Source: an uncultured Candidatus Binatia bacterium
GTDB taxonomy: Bacteria > Desulfobacterota > Binatia > Bin18
Direction: 5' to 3'
Assembly (NCBI GenBank): GCA_965214605.1
Contig: OZ243961.1
Span: 512,001-576,000, forward strand
DNA: 64,000 nt
The position numbers and the translations under genes were made by a program. The notes under the pieces are model-generated. The model was not told where the DNA came from, searched no databases, and saw only the letters and a list, made by a program, of their open reading frames with translations. This document shows positions 1 through 10,386 of the stretch, piece by piece (position 1 is the first letter of the stretch; every line of letters starts with the position of its first letter).

Positions 1-340
1 CGATGCCGAACAACAGACGCCCGTTCGACAACATGTCAACTGAGGCGACCTCTTTGGCCAATTTAATGGGGTCATGTTCAATGACCAAGCAGATACCGCT
101 CCCGACCTTGATCGTCTTGGTCACTGCGGCCGCAGCCATGAGCGACACAAACAAATCGTGGGTATGCCAATAATCGCGTGGCAACTCGCCACCCAAGGGC
201 CACGGACTTTTCCGGCTGGCCGGAATATGGGTGTGCTCAGGGTACCACACCGACTCAAAGCCACGGGCTTCACACTCCTTGGCAAACTGATCCGGCGGCA
301 CCGCATAATCCGTGGCGAACATTGCAACTCCCAATTTCAT
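1..340 (-). CDS. LLM-class, probably F420-dependent oxidoreductase (Rv2161c-like), 3' end outside the window
   Basis: Not in ORF track; read by hand: MKLGVAMFATDYAVPP...GFESVWYPEHTHIP...AAAAVTKTIKVGSGICLV...LAKEVASVDMLSNGRLLFGI; GGAGG RBS upstream of ATG 340. Confidence 0.85.
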   Translation of the reverse strand, partial: MKLGVAMFATDYAVPPDQFAKECEARGFESVWYPEHTHIPASRKSPWPLGGELPRDYWHTHDLFVSLMAAAAVTKTIKVGSGICLVIEHDPIKLAKEVASVDMLSNGRLLFGI

Positions 341-508
341 AGCTGCCTCCTGAACTCTATCCCTCATCTCACTGCCCTTCATGCCAAGTTGCGTCACCCA
401 GGTCAAGCATAAGCCTGGCCTGGGTCAGGCCCCCGTCCAAGTCGGAACTTGCAGAGCCCGGCAAGAAGCAGTACGGTTATGCGAAGAGTGAAGCGCAGGA
501 GGTCCGCT

Positions 509-1126
509 ATGCTCACGCTCCATTACCACCCGCTGTCAACCTTTGCCCGCCGGGTCCGCATTGCGCTGATTGAAAAAGGGCTAGATACGGAGACCAAGTT
601 TGTTGAAGTCGATATGATGGCCGGGGCTCACAAACAACAGCCCTATCTCTCACTTAATCCCTACGGCCGAGTGCCGACTCTGCAAGAAGACGACGGCATT
701 GTCCTGTACGAGTCGACCGCCATCTTGGAATATATAGAAGCCCTCCATCCAACGCCACCGCTGGTTCCGACCGATGCGCGTGAACGGGCTCGCGTCTCGC
801 AGCACATGAAACTGTGCGACCTCCAGCTTACCCGTCAGACTACTACGATCATCTTTCCCAAGCGTTTTCTGCCCCAGGACAGGTGGAACGCGGCGGCCAT
901 GGCCGAGGCCAAGCAGGAAATCGAGAGCCATCTAGAGATTCTTGACCACGAGCTGCTGGGCACAGACTACGTGGTCGGCGATCGCTACAGCTTGGTTGAA
1001 GTGTGTTACACCCCGTTTATCGAATTCTTCCCCCTGATGGAAATTACGCCTCCTCCTCACGTCGCCGCCTGGACTGCCCGGATACTAGCCCGGCCCAGCG
1101 CTCAAGCAACCAAACCGGACCGCTAG
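509..1126 (+). CDS. Glutathione S-transferase family protein
   Basis: LNPYGRVPTL and LYESTAILEY motifs; AGGAGG before ATG 509. Confidence 0.9.
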   Translation: MLTLHYHPLSTFARRVRIALIEKGLDTETKFVEVDMMAGAHKQQPYLSLNPYGRVPTLQEDDGIVLYESTAILEYIEALHPTPPLVPTDARERARVSQHMKLCDLQLTRQTTTIIFPKRFLPQDRWNAAAMAEAKQEIESHLEILDHELLGTDYVVGDRYSLVEVCYTPFIEFFPLMEITPPPHVAAWTARILARPSAQATKPDR

Positions 1127-1160
1127 GCGTTTTTCCCCACCTGGATAACTCGACAGGTCA

Positions 1161-2220
1161 AAACCTGTTGTGATTGATGCCGTTGGACATATTTTAGAAC
1201 CGCCCGGTCTGTAGCAACGCTCTCTTGCCCCCCCTCTTGCAACCGGGCCCTGCGGCTCGCCGCAGACGGACACGGACTTGAATATCTCAAAATCGACCAG
1301 CAAAAGAGCCGTCTGTTGCAGGCGGAACACTCGCTTGGGCGCCTCTCAGGATCCGCGTGGGCTGATGACGTCTGGAAAGGTGACCTACTAGGAAGCGGCC
1401 CGACGCACGCCCGGTGGTATTGATCCCGATGAGCGCATCAGAGAGATGGATGAGGAAGGTCTTGATAGTGCCCTGCTCTATCCAAGCCGTCGGCATCTGC
1501 TGGGAGGGTGAGTATCACGATCCCCAGCCATCGGCCGCTGATTGCCAAGCGTATAACAATAGATATCGTAGACTTTTGCTCCGGCCATCTCGATCGGCTG
1601 ATTCCAATCGCCCAGATCAACCTGCGCGACGTCAATCTGGCCATTGCCGAGGTCGAGCGGGTGAAGAACAAAGTCAAAGGGCTGTTCTACACCCCCTTCC
1701 CGACCAACGGGATTCTGATGGGGGCCGCCTATTGCGCTCCCTTCTGGGCGTGTGTCGAGGCCTCTGGCCTACCTATCTCAGGTCCAAGTCCGACCGGATT
1801 TTCCGGGTGTGGTCTATCTGCATGCAGATCACCGAGGACTCGCGCTTAGGCCTCAACTGTCTCTTCAAGGGCGGTGTCCTGGAACGCTTTCCGAACCTGC
1901 GCTACGTGGTCCTGGAAATCGGCTGCGGCTGGCTGGAACACGCTGACGGCAAATACGACGCGTTTTCGTTCAGCACCCCAATGCACCAAAAATCGAGTCA
2001 GCTGTTTCGCCAGAGCTGCTGGATTTCGGCTGACGTTGACGAGACCATGATTCCCGAAGTCCGCCACTGGAGCGGGGTTCAGCACATACTGCGGGCAACG
2101 CCACATCTCGACGCGCATAAGGACCCCCTTATTGCGCTGAACAAAAACCTCAGCGGACTCTCGCCCACGGAACAGGAATGGATTCTGGGGAGAGCTGCGG
2201 CCGAATTATACCGGCTGTAG
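1161..2220 (+). pseudogene. Degraded amidohydrolase_2 family gene
   Basis: VVIDAVGHILEPPGL* (premature TAG near 1212), then LIPIAQINLRDVNLAIAEVERV and GGVLERFPNLRYVVLEIGCGW in different frames. Confidence 0.8.
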
Positions 2221-2229
2221 GAGGAAACG

Positions 2230-2706
2230 ATGACAGACCACAGCCAGGCCATGTTGAACGAGGTGATGGATCGGGACCATATTCGTGAGGTGGTGCATCG
2301 CTATTGCAGGGCAGTCGATAGAGGCACGCTAGAAGACGTGATGGCCCTATTTGATAACGAGTGTGATCTCCTGCTCATCCCAGGCAACAAACGCGCTGGA
2401 CGGCAGGCCGTCGAGCGCTGGTACAGCCGCTATATGAGCCATCGTTTAGAGTGCCTGCGTCATCTGATTCACAACCAGATCATTACACTTAACGGCGACC
2501 GGGCGACGTCCAAAAGCTACTTTGACGCGGTCGGCGCCCTGCGTGGCGAATCTCTCGTTGTCGGCGGTTTTTACGAAGATACGCTGCGGAAAGTCGCCGG
2601 CCAGTGGAAGTTCAGCGAAAAAATTATCCGCGTCGACTTTATGGTTCCCCTGAGCGAGGGGTGGGGTGGAGAAAAGATGAAAACCAAACCGTGGTGGTAC
2701 GACTGA
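2230..2706 (+). CDS. NTF2/SnoaL-like protein
   Basis: DRDHIREVVHRYCRAVD, HLIHNQII, GGFYEDTLRKVAGQWKF; GGAGG RBS. Confidence 0.85.
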   Translation: MTDHSQAMLNEVMDRDHIREVVHRYCRAVDRGTLEDVMALFDNECDLLLIPGNKRAGRQAVERWYSRYMSHRLECLRHLIHNQIITLNGDRATSKSYFDAVGALRGESLVVGGFYEDTLRKVAGQWKFSEKIIRVDFMVPLSEGWGGEKMKTKPWWYD

Positions 2707-2757
2707 ACACAGCCCGCCCGGCAGCGTTTTGCTGACCGCCCCTAACGCTCCCGATTC

Positions 2758-3846
2758 TCACTTCTCATCGGCCGCTTTCCGCTCCAACCAGCGCCCGTGG
2801 GCGTGCGCATCAGCCCAGTACACCCTGCGGACCCGGCCGTCTACAAAGTCTGTCAGATACAGGCGGCACCACCCCTGGCGCACACCTTCCATGGTAAGAA
2901 ACGCGACCGGCCGAGACCGAGAGCACGCGCTGAGCAGGTCTTGGAGAGTTTGACGCGCCTCGGCCGAGAACTGATTTAACACCATAGTCGCGTATAGACA
3001 CAGCTGGCTGTCAGACGGCACGTCTTTGAGCAGGGCTGGAAGCCGTACGACGGCATCACCGCTTATTGTGGGAACCGGATGCGCCTTAGCGACCCGGACG
3101 GCGGCTTCAATCGTCCGATGCCGCTCGACATGCTCAGGAAAAATGAGGGCGCGTATCCAGCGCAGGGCTGAGACATCATTCACGTCGAGCGGGTTGAGAT
3201 CAATGCCGCGACGCCACGAAACACGGATGGTAGGGGGGAAGACAGGCAGAGGAGTCGTACCTCGGACCACGGTCGACAGATGGACGGGAGAGCCGACATC
3301 TCCCCAACTGTACTGTTCTCCCGAAGGGAGATCATAGCGGTGATAGTAGCGGTCCCAGTGTAGATTTAAGCCAGCGCTCGTGCCAATTTCAATCAAGGCT
3401 AGCGGCTGGTCGGCGGCACGTTGCGCCACCTCGGCAAACAGCGGCAGCAGACAGGTCGTCCGCCGTACGACATTGGTCTGTACTAGACGCGTTTGGAGCA
3501 CGGGACGGATACGCTCAAGCTGGCTCCAGACAAAATCCTGGAACAGAGCGTAGGTCTCGGCACTGGGCGGACGGGCGGGCCGGTCGTCCATCAACACATC
3601 GGGGTAGTACTCGCGCAGCGGGTGCTGCACCCCACTCAGCAGGAGTTCGTGGACCGCTGCGAACAATAGATTGGCCGAGGGTTGGGACGGTGGGCAGGAC
3701 GCAGCCAAGCGCAGCATGTCCGGATCGTTCAGCACCCCACGCGACAGGACTTGATACAGGGGGGAAGCATTTTCCAGGGCTTGGTGCTCACCAAAATTGC
3801 GAAAATAGCGACGGACTTGAGCAATATCACTCTGCGGGCTACCCAT
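2758..3846 (-). CDS. DUF2332 family protein
   Basis: NLLFAAVH, VQTNVVRR, LIEIGTSAGLNLHWDRY, RRGIDLNPLD, AHAHGRWLE; start at ATG 3846 after GAGGAAGGA. Confidence 0.85.
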   Translation of the reverse strand: MGSPQSDIAQVRRYFRNFGEHQALENASPLYQVLSRGVLNDPDMLRLAASCPPSQPSANLLFAAVHELLLSGVQHPLREYYPDVLMDDRPARPPSAETYALFQDFVWSQLERIRPVLQTRLVQTNVVRRTTCLLPLFAEVAQRAADQPLALIEIGTSAGLNLHWDRYYHRYDLPSGEQYSWGDVGSPVHLSTVVRGTTPLPVFPPTIRVSWRRGIDLNPLDVNDVSALRWIRALIFPEHVERHRTIEAAVRVAKAHPVPTISGDAVVRLPALLKDVPSDSQLCLYATMVLNQFSAEARQTLQDLLSACSRSRPVAFLTMEGVRQGWCRLYLTDFVDGRVRRVYWADAHAHGRWLERKAADEK

Positions 3847-4148
3847 ATCCTTCCTCACAGGGCCCAAAAAATACCTCCCGCACCCGCCGCCAATCAGAAC
3901 TAGCCAGGCCGGAAGCCGCCGTACCGACACGAACCAAAAACAATCCCACTATAACATCGTACTCAGACCGAATGCCATGTGTATTCACACCGGATCAGAA
4001 AAGGCTGCCAGCAATAGGCCAACCACGCTGGCATCAATCTCCGCCGCCGCATCTCGAAAAAGAAACCTTGGATCGGGACGTGGTGTTTGTCTCTGCGTTG
4101 GGCATATCGACCGTTTTGTCTCAAACGATCGTCTGATACAAGAGAGCC

Positions 4149-5336
4149 ATGAACACACAGGAAGCCAGACCATCAGCCGACCCCGACACGTTTCTTGAGG
4201 TCATCCGTGACCTTACCCCCCAAATTCAGACTCGGATCGTACAGATGGAAGCGGACCGCCGCTTACCAGCCGAACTCGCTCGCGCCATGGCCGAACTCGG
4301 CATCTTTCGCCTCATGATTCCCAGGCGCTTGGGAGGTCTGGAGATGGATCTTATCCCAGCCCTCCATGTCTTTGAGGAACTCGCTCAGATAGACGGCTCG
4401 ACCGGTTGGTGCGCGATGATCGGCGCAACCGGCGGCACGACCAGCGCCTTTTTGAGCGAAGAGGTGGCACGGGAAATCTATGCCAGCGATCCCAACGTTA
4501 TCACCGCCGGCGCAATTGCCCCATATGGCCAAGCGCGGCCGATAGACGGCGGTTACCGGGTGACCGGTCGCTGGCCGTTTAACAGCGGCTGCCAGCATAG
4601 TCAGTGGTTGATGGGCACGAGTGTGATTGTTGAGAACGATCAGCCGCGCAAACTGCCAAACGGCTATCCGGAAACACGGATGATGATCTTTCCGGCGGCC
4701 GAAGCCGAGATTCTTGACACCTGGTCGGTGTCCGGTCTGCGCGGGAGCGGCAGTCACGACATTAGAGTCCAGGATGTGGTTGTTCCTGAGGAACGCGCCG
4801 TTGCCTATGGATTCGGCAAACGCTACCACTCGGGCCCCTTGTATGCCTTCCCTATTTTTGGACTGCTCGCCGTCAGCGTTGCCAGTGTGGCCACCGGTAT
4901 GGCCCGTGGAGCCATCCAGAGCTTTATCGAGCTGGCAAAAACCAAGCGTTTGACCGGCAGCACCCGTCTTCTGAGCCAGCGTGCCGTCATCCAGCTCGAG
5001 GTGGCGCAAGCCGAGGCACAGCTGCGGGCCGGGCGGGCGTTTATGTTTGAGACGGTCCAAGACGTGTGGGACAGAGTGGTGGCCGGGCAACAGATAAGCC
5101 AACGTCACAGAGCCCTCCTGCGTCTGTCCGCCTGCCACGCTACTACCGCTTCCGCCCAGACTATTGACCTGATGTATCAAGCGGCCGGAACCGGAGCGAT
5201 TTGGGACACCAGCCCACTTCAGCGCCACTTCCGCGATGTGCACATGATCACCCAGCACGCCGTTGTTGCTCCCCCCATCTCAGAGATTGCGGGAAAAATC
5301 CTGCTAGGACTCGAAACGACTTTTCCAATGTTGTAA
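4149..5336 (+). CDS. Acyl-CoA dehydrogenase-fold flavin-dependent monooxygenase (HsaA/IacA-like)
   Basis: DGSTGW, GRWPFNSGCQHSQW, DTWSVSGLRGSGSHD, LQRHFRDVH. Confidence 0.85.
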   Translation: MNTQEARPSADPDTFLEVIRDLTPQIQTRIVQMEADRRLPAELARAMAELGIFRLMIPRRLGGLEMDLIPALHVFEELAQIDGSTGWCAMIGATGGTTSAFLSEEVAREIYASDPNVITAGAIAPYGQARPIDGGYRVTGRWPFNSGCQHSQWLMGTSVIVENDQPRKLPNGYPETRMMIFPAAEAEILDTWSVSGLRGSGSHDIRVQDVVVPEERAVAYGFGKRYHSGPLYAFPIFGLLAVSVASVATGMARGAIQSFIELAKTKRLTGSTRLLSQRAVIQLEVAQAEAQLRAGRAFMFETVQDVWDRVVAGQQISQRHRALLRLSACHATTASAQTIDLMYQAAGTGAIWDTSPLQRHFRDVHMITQHAVVAPPISEIAGKILLGLETTFPML

Positions 5337-5405
5337 AGGACAAGACTAGCCGAACGAATTGTCAATCGCTGAGTGCGCGAAGACAGCGGACAGGAGGTTA
5401 TCAGC

Positions 5406-5813
5406 ATGGCGCGAAAAGTTGAAAAAACAGAGGAAGAGTGGAAAGAGGTCCTCACCCCAGCCCAGTTTGCCGTGTGTCGGGGCAAAGGAACCGAGCCAGC
5501 CTTTAGCGGCCAATATGCCCACTCCAAGGACCCTGGTATATACCAGTGTTCGTGCTGTGGTGCAGACCTGTTCGACTCCGATACAAAGTATGAGTCAGGC
5601 ACGGGCTGGCCGAGTTTTTGGCAACCGCTCAGTGCCGACAGCATTGAGACCGAGCAGGATCGGAGTTGGGGCATGGTCCGCACAGAGGTGATGTGTCAGT
5701 CCTGCGGTGCCCATTTAGGCCACGTCTTTGAAGACGGTCCAGAGCCGACCGGCCTGCGCTATTGCATGAATTCGGTATCGCTAAAGCTGGCGTCCAAAGA
5801 GCGCAAAGACTAG
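5406..5813 (+). CDS. msrB: Peptide-methionine (R)-S-oxide reductase
   Basis: GTEPAFSG, SGTGWPSF, AHLGHVFEDGP, RYCMNS, two CxxC motifs. Confidence 0.97.
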   Translation: MARKVEKTEEEWKEVLTPAQFAVCRGKGTEPAFSGQYAHSKDPGIYQCSCCGADLFDSDTKYESGTGWPSFWQPLSADSIETEQDRSWGMVRTEVMCQSCGAHLGHVFEDGPEPTGLRYCMNSVSLKLASKERKD

Positions 5814-5864
5814 GCAGCATACGTGACTTTGCGGGCTGCTGAGGCAGCGCCACCAGCTCGGGAC

Positions 5865-6815
5865 CTACACCGGCAACCCCGTTGTCTCGGCCAAGCCCAA
5901 CATCAGGTTTAAATTCTGAATAGCCACCCCACACGCCCCTTTGCCCAGATTATCGAGCATTGCCACCAACAGAATATGGCCCGAGGGATGGGGAAGCACG
6001 TGGATCTCCAGCCGATTGGTATCATTACACGCCTGAGGATTGAGGCTGCGCTCCTCAATGGTCAAGCCTTGTGGCATGAGCTTGACAAAGGGCTCGTGCC
6101 GATAGCGTTCGTGCAACACCTCCCACACCGCCTTGCCAGTCGTCCCAGGCGGCAGCAGCGAAACGTGGAGCGGCACCTCGACCCGCATCCCGCAGCGGAA
6201 CGGTCCGACGGCCGGCACAAACTGTGGGTCGTACTGCAGCTTTGCATAACGCACCATCTCCGGGATATGCTTGTGTCGGCTGGCTAGGGCGTACGGAGCC
6301 TCGTACGGCAGCTCGCTTAGCCCTAACTGAGGATTCTCCCATTTATCAATCAGCGCCCGCCCGCCTCCCGAATAGCCGGACAGGGCGTGAATAGACAGCC
6401 CGGCCTGAGGGGTGACAACAGCAGCGTCGATCAGCGGCCGAACGAGTAGCACAAAGGCAGAGGCATAACAGCCGGGGTTGGCGACCCGTTGGGCGCTTCG
6501 GATAGCCGCCCGCTGCCCGGACCGGAGCTCGGGCAAACCGTAGACCCAGCCTTGCGTCACCCGGTGTGCACTGCTGGCGTCAATCAGGCGAGTCCCGCCG
6601 TCTTTGATCCAGTCGGCAACCCCTTGGGAGGCCTCGTTTGGCAAACACAGCACAGCGACATCAGCGGCCCACAGGCATTCCCGACGCGCAGCCTCACTCT
6701 TGCGCCGCTCCTCGGCCACGCTTACAATTTCAAGATCGCGGCGGTTAGCCAGCCACTCCCTGATACGTAGGCCGGTCGTACCAACGTGACCATCAATATA
6801 GATCTTTGGAAGCAT
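5865..6815 (-). CDS. argC: N-acetyl-gamma-glutamyl-phosphate reductase, short form
   Basis: IDGHVGTTGL, IDASSAHR, ANPGCY, SGYSGGG, DNLGKGA. Confidence 0.95.
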   Translation of the reverse strand: MLPKIYIDGHVGTTGLRIREWLANRRDLEIVSVAEERRKSEAARRECLWAADVAVLCLPNEASQGVADWIKDGGTRLIDASSAHRVTQGWVYGLPELRSGQRAAIRSAQRVANPGCYASAFVLLVRPLIDAAVVTPQAGLSIHALSGYSGGGRALIDKWENPQLGLSELPYEAPYALASRHKHIPEMVRYAKLQYDPQFVPAVGPFRCGMRVEVPLHVSLLPPGTTGKAVWEVLHERYRHEPFVKLMPQGLTIEERSLNPQACNDTNRLEIHVLPHPSGHILLVAMLDNLGKGACGVAIQNLNLMLGLAETTGLPV

Positions 6816-6870
6816 GTTGAGAGGCCCCTTTGTCCACTCTCGCGTTTCTGCCCCTGGCGTCGCCAAGCGG

Positions 6871-7995
6871 CTAGGCCGCCGGCTGAGCCTCAAGACTCTC
6901 GAACCAGGGCAGCACTACAGTCTCATTAATACGGTAGGGGTAGGCGTGACCCCAGTCCGGAATTTCACGAAATGTTATCGGATAGCCGAGTCCGCTGAGC
7001 AGCTGTTGGGTCTGGCGGGCAAAGGCGATCGGAAAGATGGGGTCCTGTTCGCCGTGTACGAGCAGGATGGGTAAGTCTCGGCCCCGACCGCGGCGCAGCA
7101 ATTGATCGGCCGCGGTGTGGAGCTGCGAAGAAATCGGCGCAATTCCGGCAAACAACTGGGGAAAGGTTAGCCCCAGAATATGGGTAAAAATACCCCCGTC
7201 GGAAAAGCCAGAGGCGTAGACACGGCTGCGGTCAACCGCGTAGGTCTGCCACACCTCGTCAAGCATAAAGCGGATGGACCGCAGGTCAATAATTGGATTG
7301 GGCGCCGTGCCCGGCGTGCGAATGGCCGACCAGGTCTCACGGGACGATTTCGGCGACAGCAGCAAATACCCCTTGCTCTTGGCCAGACGCAGCCAGGTCA
7401 GAATGTAATCGTCGTCTCGACTATAGCCGCCGTGCAGACACACGATGAGCGGCCACTTTCTCTGCGGCGTATAGTTCTCGGGCACATAGAGCGAGTAGGC
7501 ATAGCGCTGATCGGTCTGTTCTTTACGGATCAGCCCGACCGGGACGTCGAGGTTCGGGCTTTGGGTTTCCAGGCGGGCCAGCTCGGATAGCGCCTCGGGC
7601 AGCACCCAGTACTGTTGGAGGAGCGGCAGATCGTCTCGGATGCGATACAAAACCTGTTTACCGAGACACAGAAAAAAGCGGCCCTTTAAAAAACGGATGG
7701 CAAAGTCTCGGCCAACCGCACTCACAAAAGCACCGTAGGCGTTTGCGCAGTGCTCAACCGCTTTCGTAAAACTGGCATGGAAATCGGTCAGGTGCCGGGG
7801 AGGAGCGAGTCCGGCTAGAGCGATCTTGATGCCGTGAAACAGCTCACCGACCGTGGCTTCTAAGGCCTCACGCTGCTCGGCTAGACGCTCCATATGGAGC
7901 TGCTCCTGATAGGTCTCCATCGTCCACAAGAAGGATAACAGCTTTTCTTCAAGCTGATGGATGCCGGCGGTATAGTGTTCAGTTGCCCCGTCCAT
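6871..7995 (-). CDS. Alpha/beta hydrolase (carboxylesterase/depolymerase-like) with helical N-terminal domain
   Basis: PLIVCLHG, GFSDGG nucleophile elbow, HGEQDP, WGHAY. Confidence 0.8.
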   Translation of the reverse strand: MDGATEHYTAGIHQLEEKLLSFLWTMETYQEQLHMERLAEQREALEATVGELFHGIKIALAGLAPPRHLTDFHASFTKAVEHCANAYGAFVSAVGRDFAIRFLKGRFFLCLGKQVLYRIRDDLPLLQQYWVLPEALSELARLETQSPNLDVPVGLIRKEQTDQRYAYSLYVPENYTPQRKWPLIVCLHGGYSRDDDYILTWLRLAKSKGYLLLSPKSSRETWSAIRTPGTAPNPIIDLRSIRFMLDEVWQTYAVDRSRVYASGFSDGGIFTHILGLTFPQLFAGIAPISSQLHTAADQLLRRGRGRDLPILLVHGEQDPIFPIAFARQTQQLLSGLGYPITFREIPDWGHAYPYRINETVVLPWFESLEAQPAA

Positions 7996-8130
7996 TGGTC
8001 CCCCCTTTGTTGCTTCGCTCCTTGGGGTGGTCACCCCCTGCAAACACTGTTGCCAGAGTGTCACAAGCGCGACCGAAAAGGCAAGCCGACTCTCTCAAAC
8101 TTGGACTGCCGACCGCGGCCCTCGGACGGG

Positions 8131-8167
8131 TTGTCAATAGACGTCTATTCTTGCTACACACACGAGT
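8131..8167 (+). promoter_or_regulatory. Putative sigma70 promoter for leaderless WS/DGAT mRNA with internal 14-bp palindrome
   Basis: TTGTCA-N18-TACACA (extended TG) ends 7 nt before ATG 8168, no SD; perfect palindrome AATAGACGTCTATT at 8136-8149. Confidence 0.5.
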
Positions 8168-9607
8168 ATGCCCGAACACCACCAACGGCGTCTCACTTCT
8201 CTCGAAGCTTCTTTTCTGTACCGAGAGCAGCCCTGCCAACCGATGCACATCGGTGGCTGTGGGGTCTACGAGGGCCATGTCTCGCGCCAGACCTTAGTCC
8301 GTCTCCTCGAAGACCGCCTCTCCCTGCTCCCCCGCTACCGCCAGAAAGTTGTCTCCAGCCCGTTTCACATTGCGCACCCCAGCTGGGAAGACGATCCAGA
8401 TTTCGACCTGTCTAACCACATTGAGGAATGGACGCTGCCCGAGCCCGGTGATGACCGGGTGTTATCCATTGTTGGCGGCCGTATTTTTGCCGCTCCCCTC
8501 GACCGCGCCCACCCACTGTGGAAACTGATCCTGCTCCGTGGTCGACACGACGGCAACACCACGATTATTGCTAAAGTCCATTACGCCATGGTTGAAGGCA
8601 TAACCGGCACGGCGCTGACCACAGTCCTGCACGACATCCGGCCCGACGCGCCCCCGACCCCGCCGCCCAGGGACTGGAAACCCGCTCCCATTCCGGATTT
8701 TTTGGCCCAGTTCCAAAACGCGATCCGTGACACTATCACCACAACGACTCAGCTCATGGTCGATCAGGGACTCCGACTGTGGTCCGGCTGGCAGGCCAAC
8801 TCAACACCCCAACAGCAGCTCGACACGGCCACCGACGTCCTGTCGCCCTTCTTGCGGCCGATTTCCCGCCTACCGTTTAACGGACAGCTGTCCGGTGCAC
8901 GCCAATTTGCCTGGACCGAGCTCGCCTTTCCCGAAATTCGGGCTATTCGGTCAGCTCTGGGGGGAACTGTAAACGACGTCGTTCTGACGATTATCTCCGG
9001 CGGTCTAGGCAGCTATCTCCGAGCAAAAGGATACCAGCTTGAGAGTCTAGAGCTCCGTCTTGCCTACCCAGTCATGTTTCGGCGCCATAGTGACGCGCAT
9101 GAGGACGAGATAAAAGCGCCTTTTGTTTCCACCATGATCGTTCCGCTGTATACGGGCATTGCCGATCCGGTCCAACGCTTCTTGGCCGAACAGCGAGCCC
9201 TAGAAGAGCTTACGACCCACCAACAGGCTCAAGCCTTGGCCGAGCTCCAGACACTGAGTCGCTTTCTACCGCCGGCCGTCCAAGTCCTGAGCCAGCAGTT
9301 CGGGCTGCCCAACAACATGGCCAACACTGTCTCGCTCAACGTCCCCGGCCCCCAGATTCCGCTCTACCTAGCCGGCCACAAGCGTCTCGCCCTCTATCCC
9401 ATCGGTCCCCTCAGCGCCAATATCGGTCTCTTCCACGTCACATCCAGCTATAATCACACGTTGACTATTGGCGTTACCGTTGACCCTCGCCTGATGCCCG
9501 ATGTGTGGCATTACACCGACTGCCTGCGCGGAGCGTTTCAGGAGCTACGGGAAGCGGCCGGCCGCGCAACAGCACCGTCCGACAGGACGGCTCGGCACGT
9601 CGCCTAA
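8168..9607 (+). CDS. Wax ester synthase/diacylglycerol acyltransferase family protein, catalytic motif altered to HYAMVEG
   Basis: PMHIGG, WEDDPDFDLSNHI, LDRAHPLW, GTVNDVVL, NVPGPQIPLYLAG. Confidence 0.92.
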   Translation: MPEHHQRRLTSLEASFLYREQPCQPMHIGGCGVYEGHVSRQTLVRLLEDRLSLLPRYRQKVVSSPFHIAHPSWEDDPDFDLSNHIEEWTLPEPGDDRVLSIVGGRIFAAPLDRAHPLWKLILLRGRHDGNTTIIAKVHYAMVEGITGTALTTVLHDIRPDAPPTPPPRDWKPAPIPDFLAQFQNAIRDTITTTTQLMVDQGLRLWSGWQANSTPQQQLDTATDVLSPFLRPISRLPFNGQLSGARQFAWTELAFPEIRAIRSALGGTVNDVVLTIISGGLGSYLRAKGYQLESLELRLAYPVMFRRHSDAHEDEIKAPFVSTMIVPLYTGIADPVQRFLAEQRALEELTTHQQAQALAELQTLSRFLPPAVQVLSQQFGLPNNMANTVSLNVPGPQIPLYLAGHKRLALYPIGPLSANIGLFHVTSSYNHTLTIGVTVDPRLMPDVWHYTDCLRGAFQELREAAGRATAPSDRTARHVA

Positions 9608-9656
9608 GCGATCGCAGTACCCACCCTACACAGCCGGCCACGTTCGGTCGCCGCAC

Positions 9657-10232
9657 CTAGACCGTATGCTCGGTAAATCCGGTCACGTCATAGGCCATAA
9701 CCATCAGATCGTGCGTACGGCCGTCCCGGTCAATCACAAAATCGGACAGCAGTGCTTCGGGCTGAAAGCCTAAACGTTCAAACGTCGCAATCGCCCCTTT
9801 TTGATCGGGCGTCATCTGAGCCACAATTCGGCTCAAGCCCATGTCGCGGGCAAGCACGCAGATTTCGTGGGCCAGTTTACGACCCAGACCCTGGGCGCGG
9901 TAGGCAGGTCCGACCAAAATCCGGATTTCTCCCAAATGGCGCTGCCAGGTGACTTGATGATGGTGCAGAATCGCGTACCCGGCAATCTGGCCGTCGGCCT
10001 CGGCAATAATGGTGGCGGTGGTATTCTCTTCAAGCTGGCGTATCCATTGCCTCACCACCTCAGGCTTAGTGATATCCATCCGCAGGTGGAGCAGATCATA
10101 GGCCGGCAGACTGTTGGCAAAGTTGATCAGCCGATTGGCATCGAACGCGCTCATTGGCCGCAGGGTGACAGGCAGGCCGCTGCGTAGGGTAATGAGCAAA
10201 GGATAAGCAGACTGCCGTGGTGTGTCTTCCAT
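9657..10232 (-). CDS. GNAT family N-acetyltransferase
   Basis: VGPAYRAQGLGRKL acetyl-CoA motif, FERLGF. Confidence 0.9.
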   Translation of the reverse strand: MEDTPRQSAYPLLITLRSGLPVTLRPMSAFDANRLINFANSLPAYDLLHLRMDITKPEVVRQWIRQLEENTTATIIAEADGQIAGYAILHHHQVTWQRHLGEIRILVGPAYRAQGLGRKLAHEICVLARDMGLSRIVAQMTPDQKGAIATFERLGFQPEALLSDFVIDRDGRTHDLMVMAYDVTGFTEHTV

Positions 10233-10386
10233 GCCGCTCCTCTCGCCTCAGCTCTTGCTCCAGGGCGCGGTCGCGTCTTCTTATCCTAGTCTCCCAAGCG
10301 CTGGCAAGAGTGGGGCCTGCAACAGGCGCCAAGTCAGACCCATGCTTGCAAAATTTCCCATCTTCTGCTAGCGATAAGCGACCATC

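Noticed and set aside
1212-1214. In-frame TAG here and near 49610 as pyrrolysine or readthrough
   Set aside because: Both genes also carry frameshifts, and TAG is a normal stop for many genes in the window
4263-5258. Long antisense ORFs (also 26487-27326, 39407-40180, 61800-62612)
   Set aside because: Shadows of well-supported genes in GC-rich DNA, no motifs
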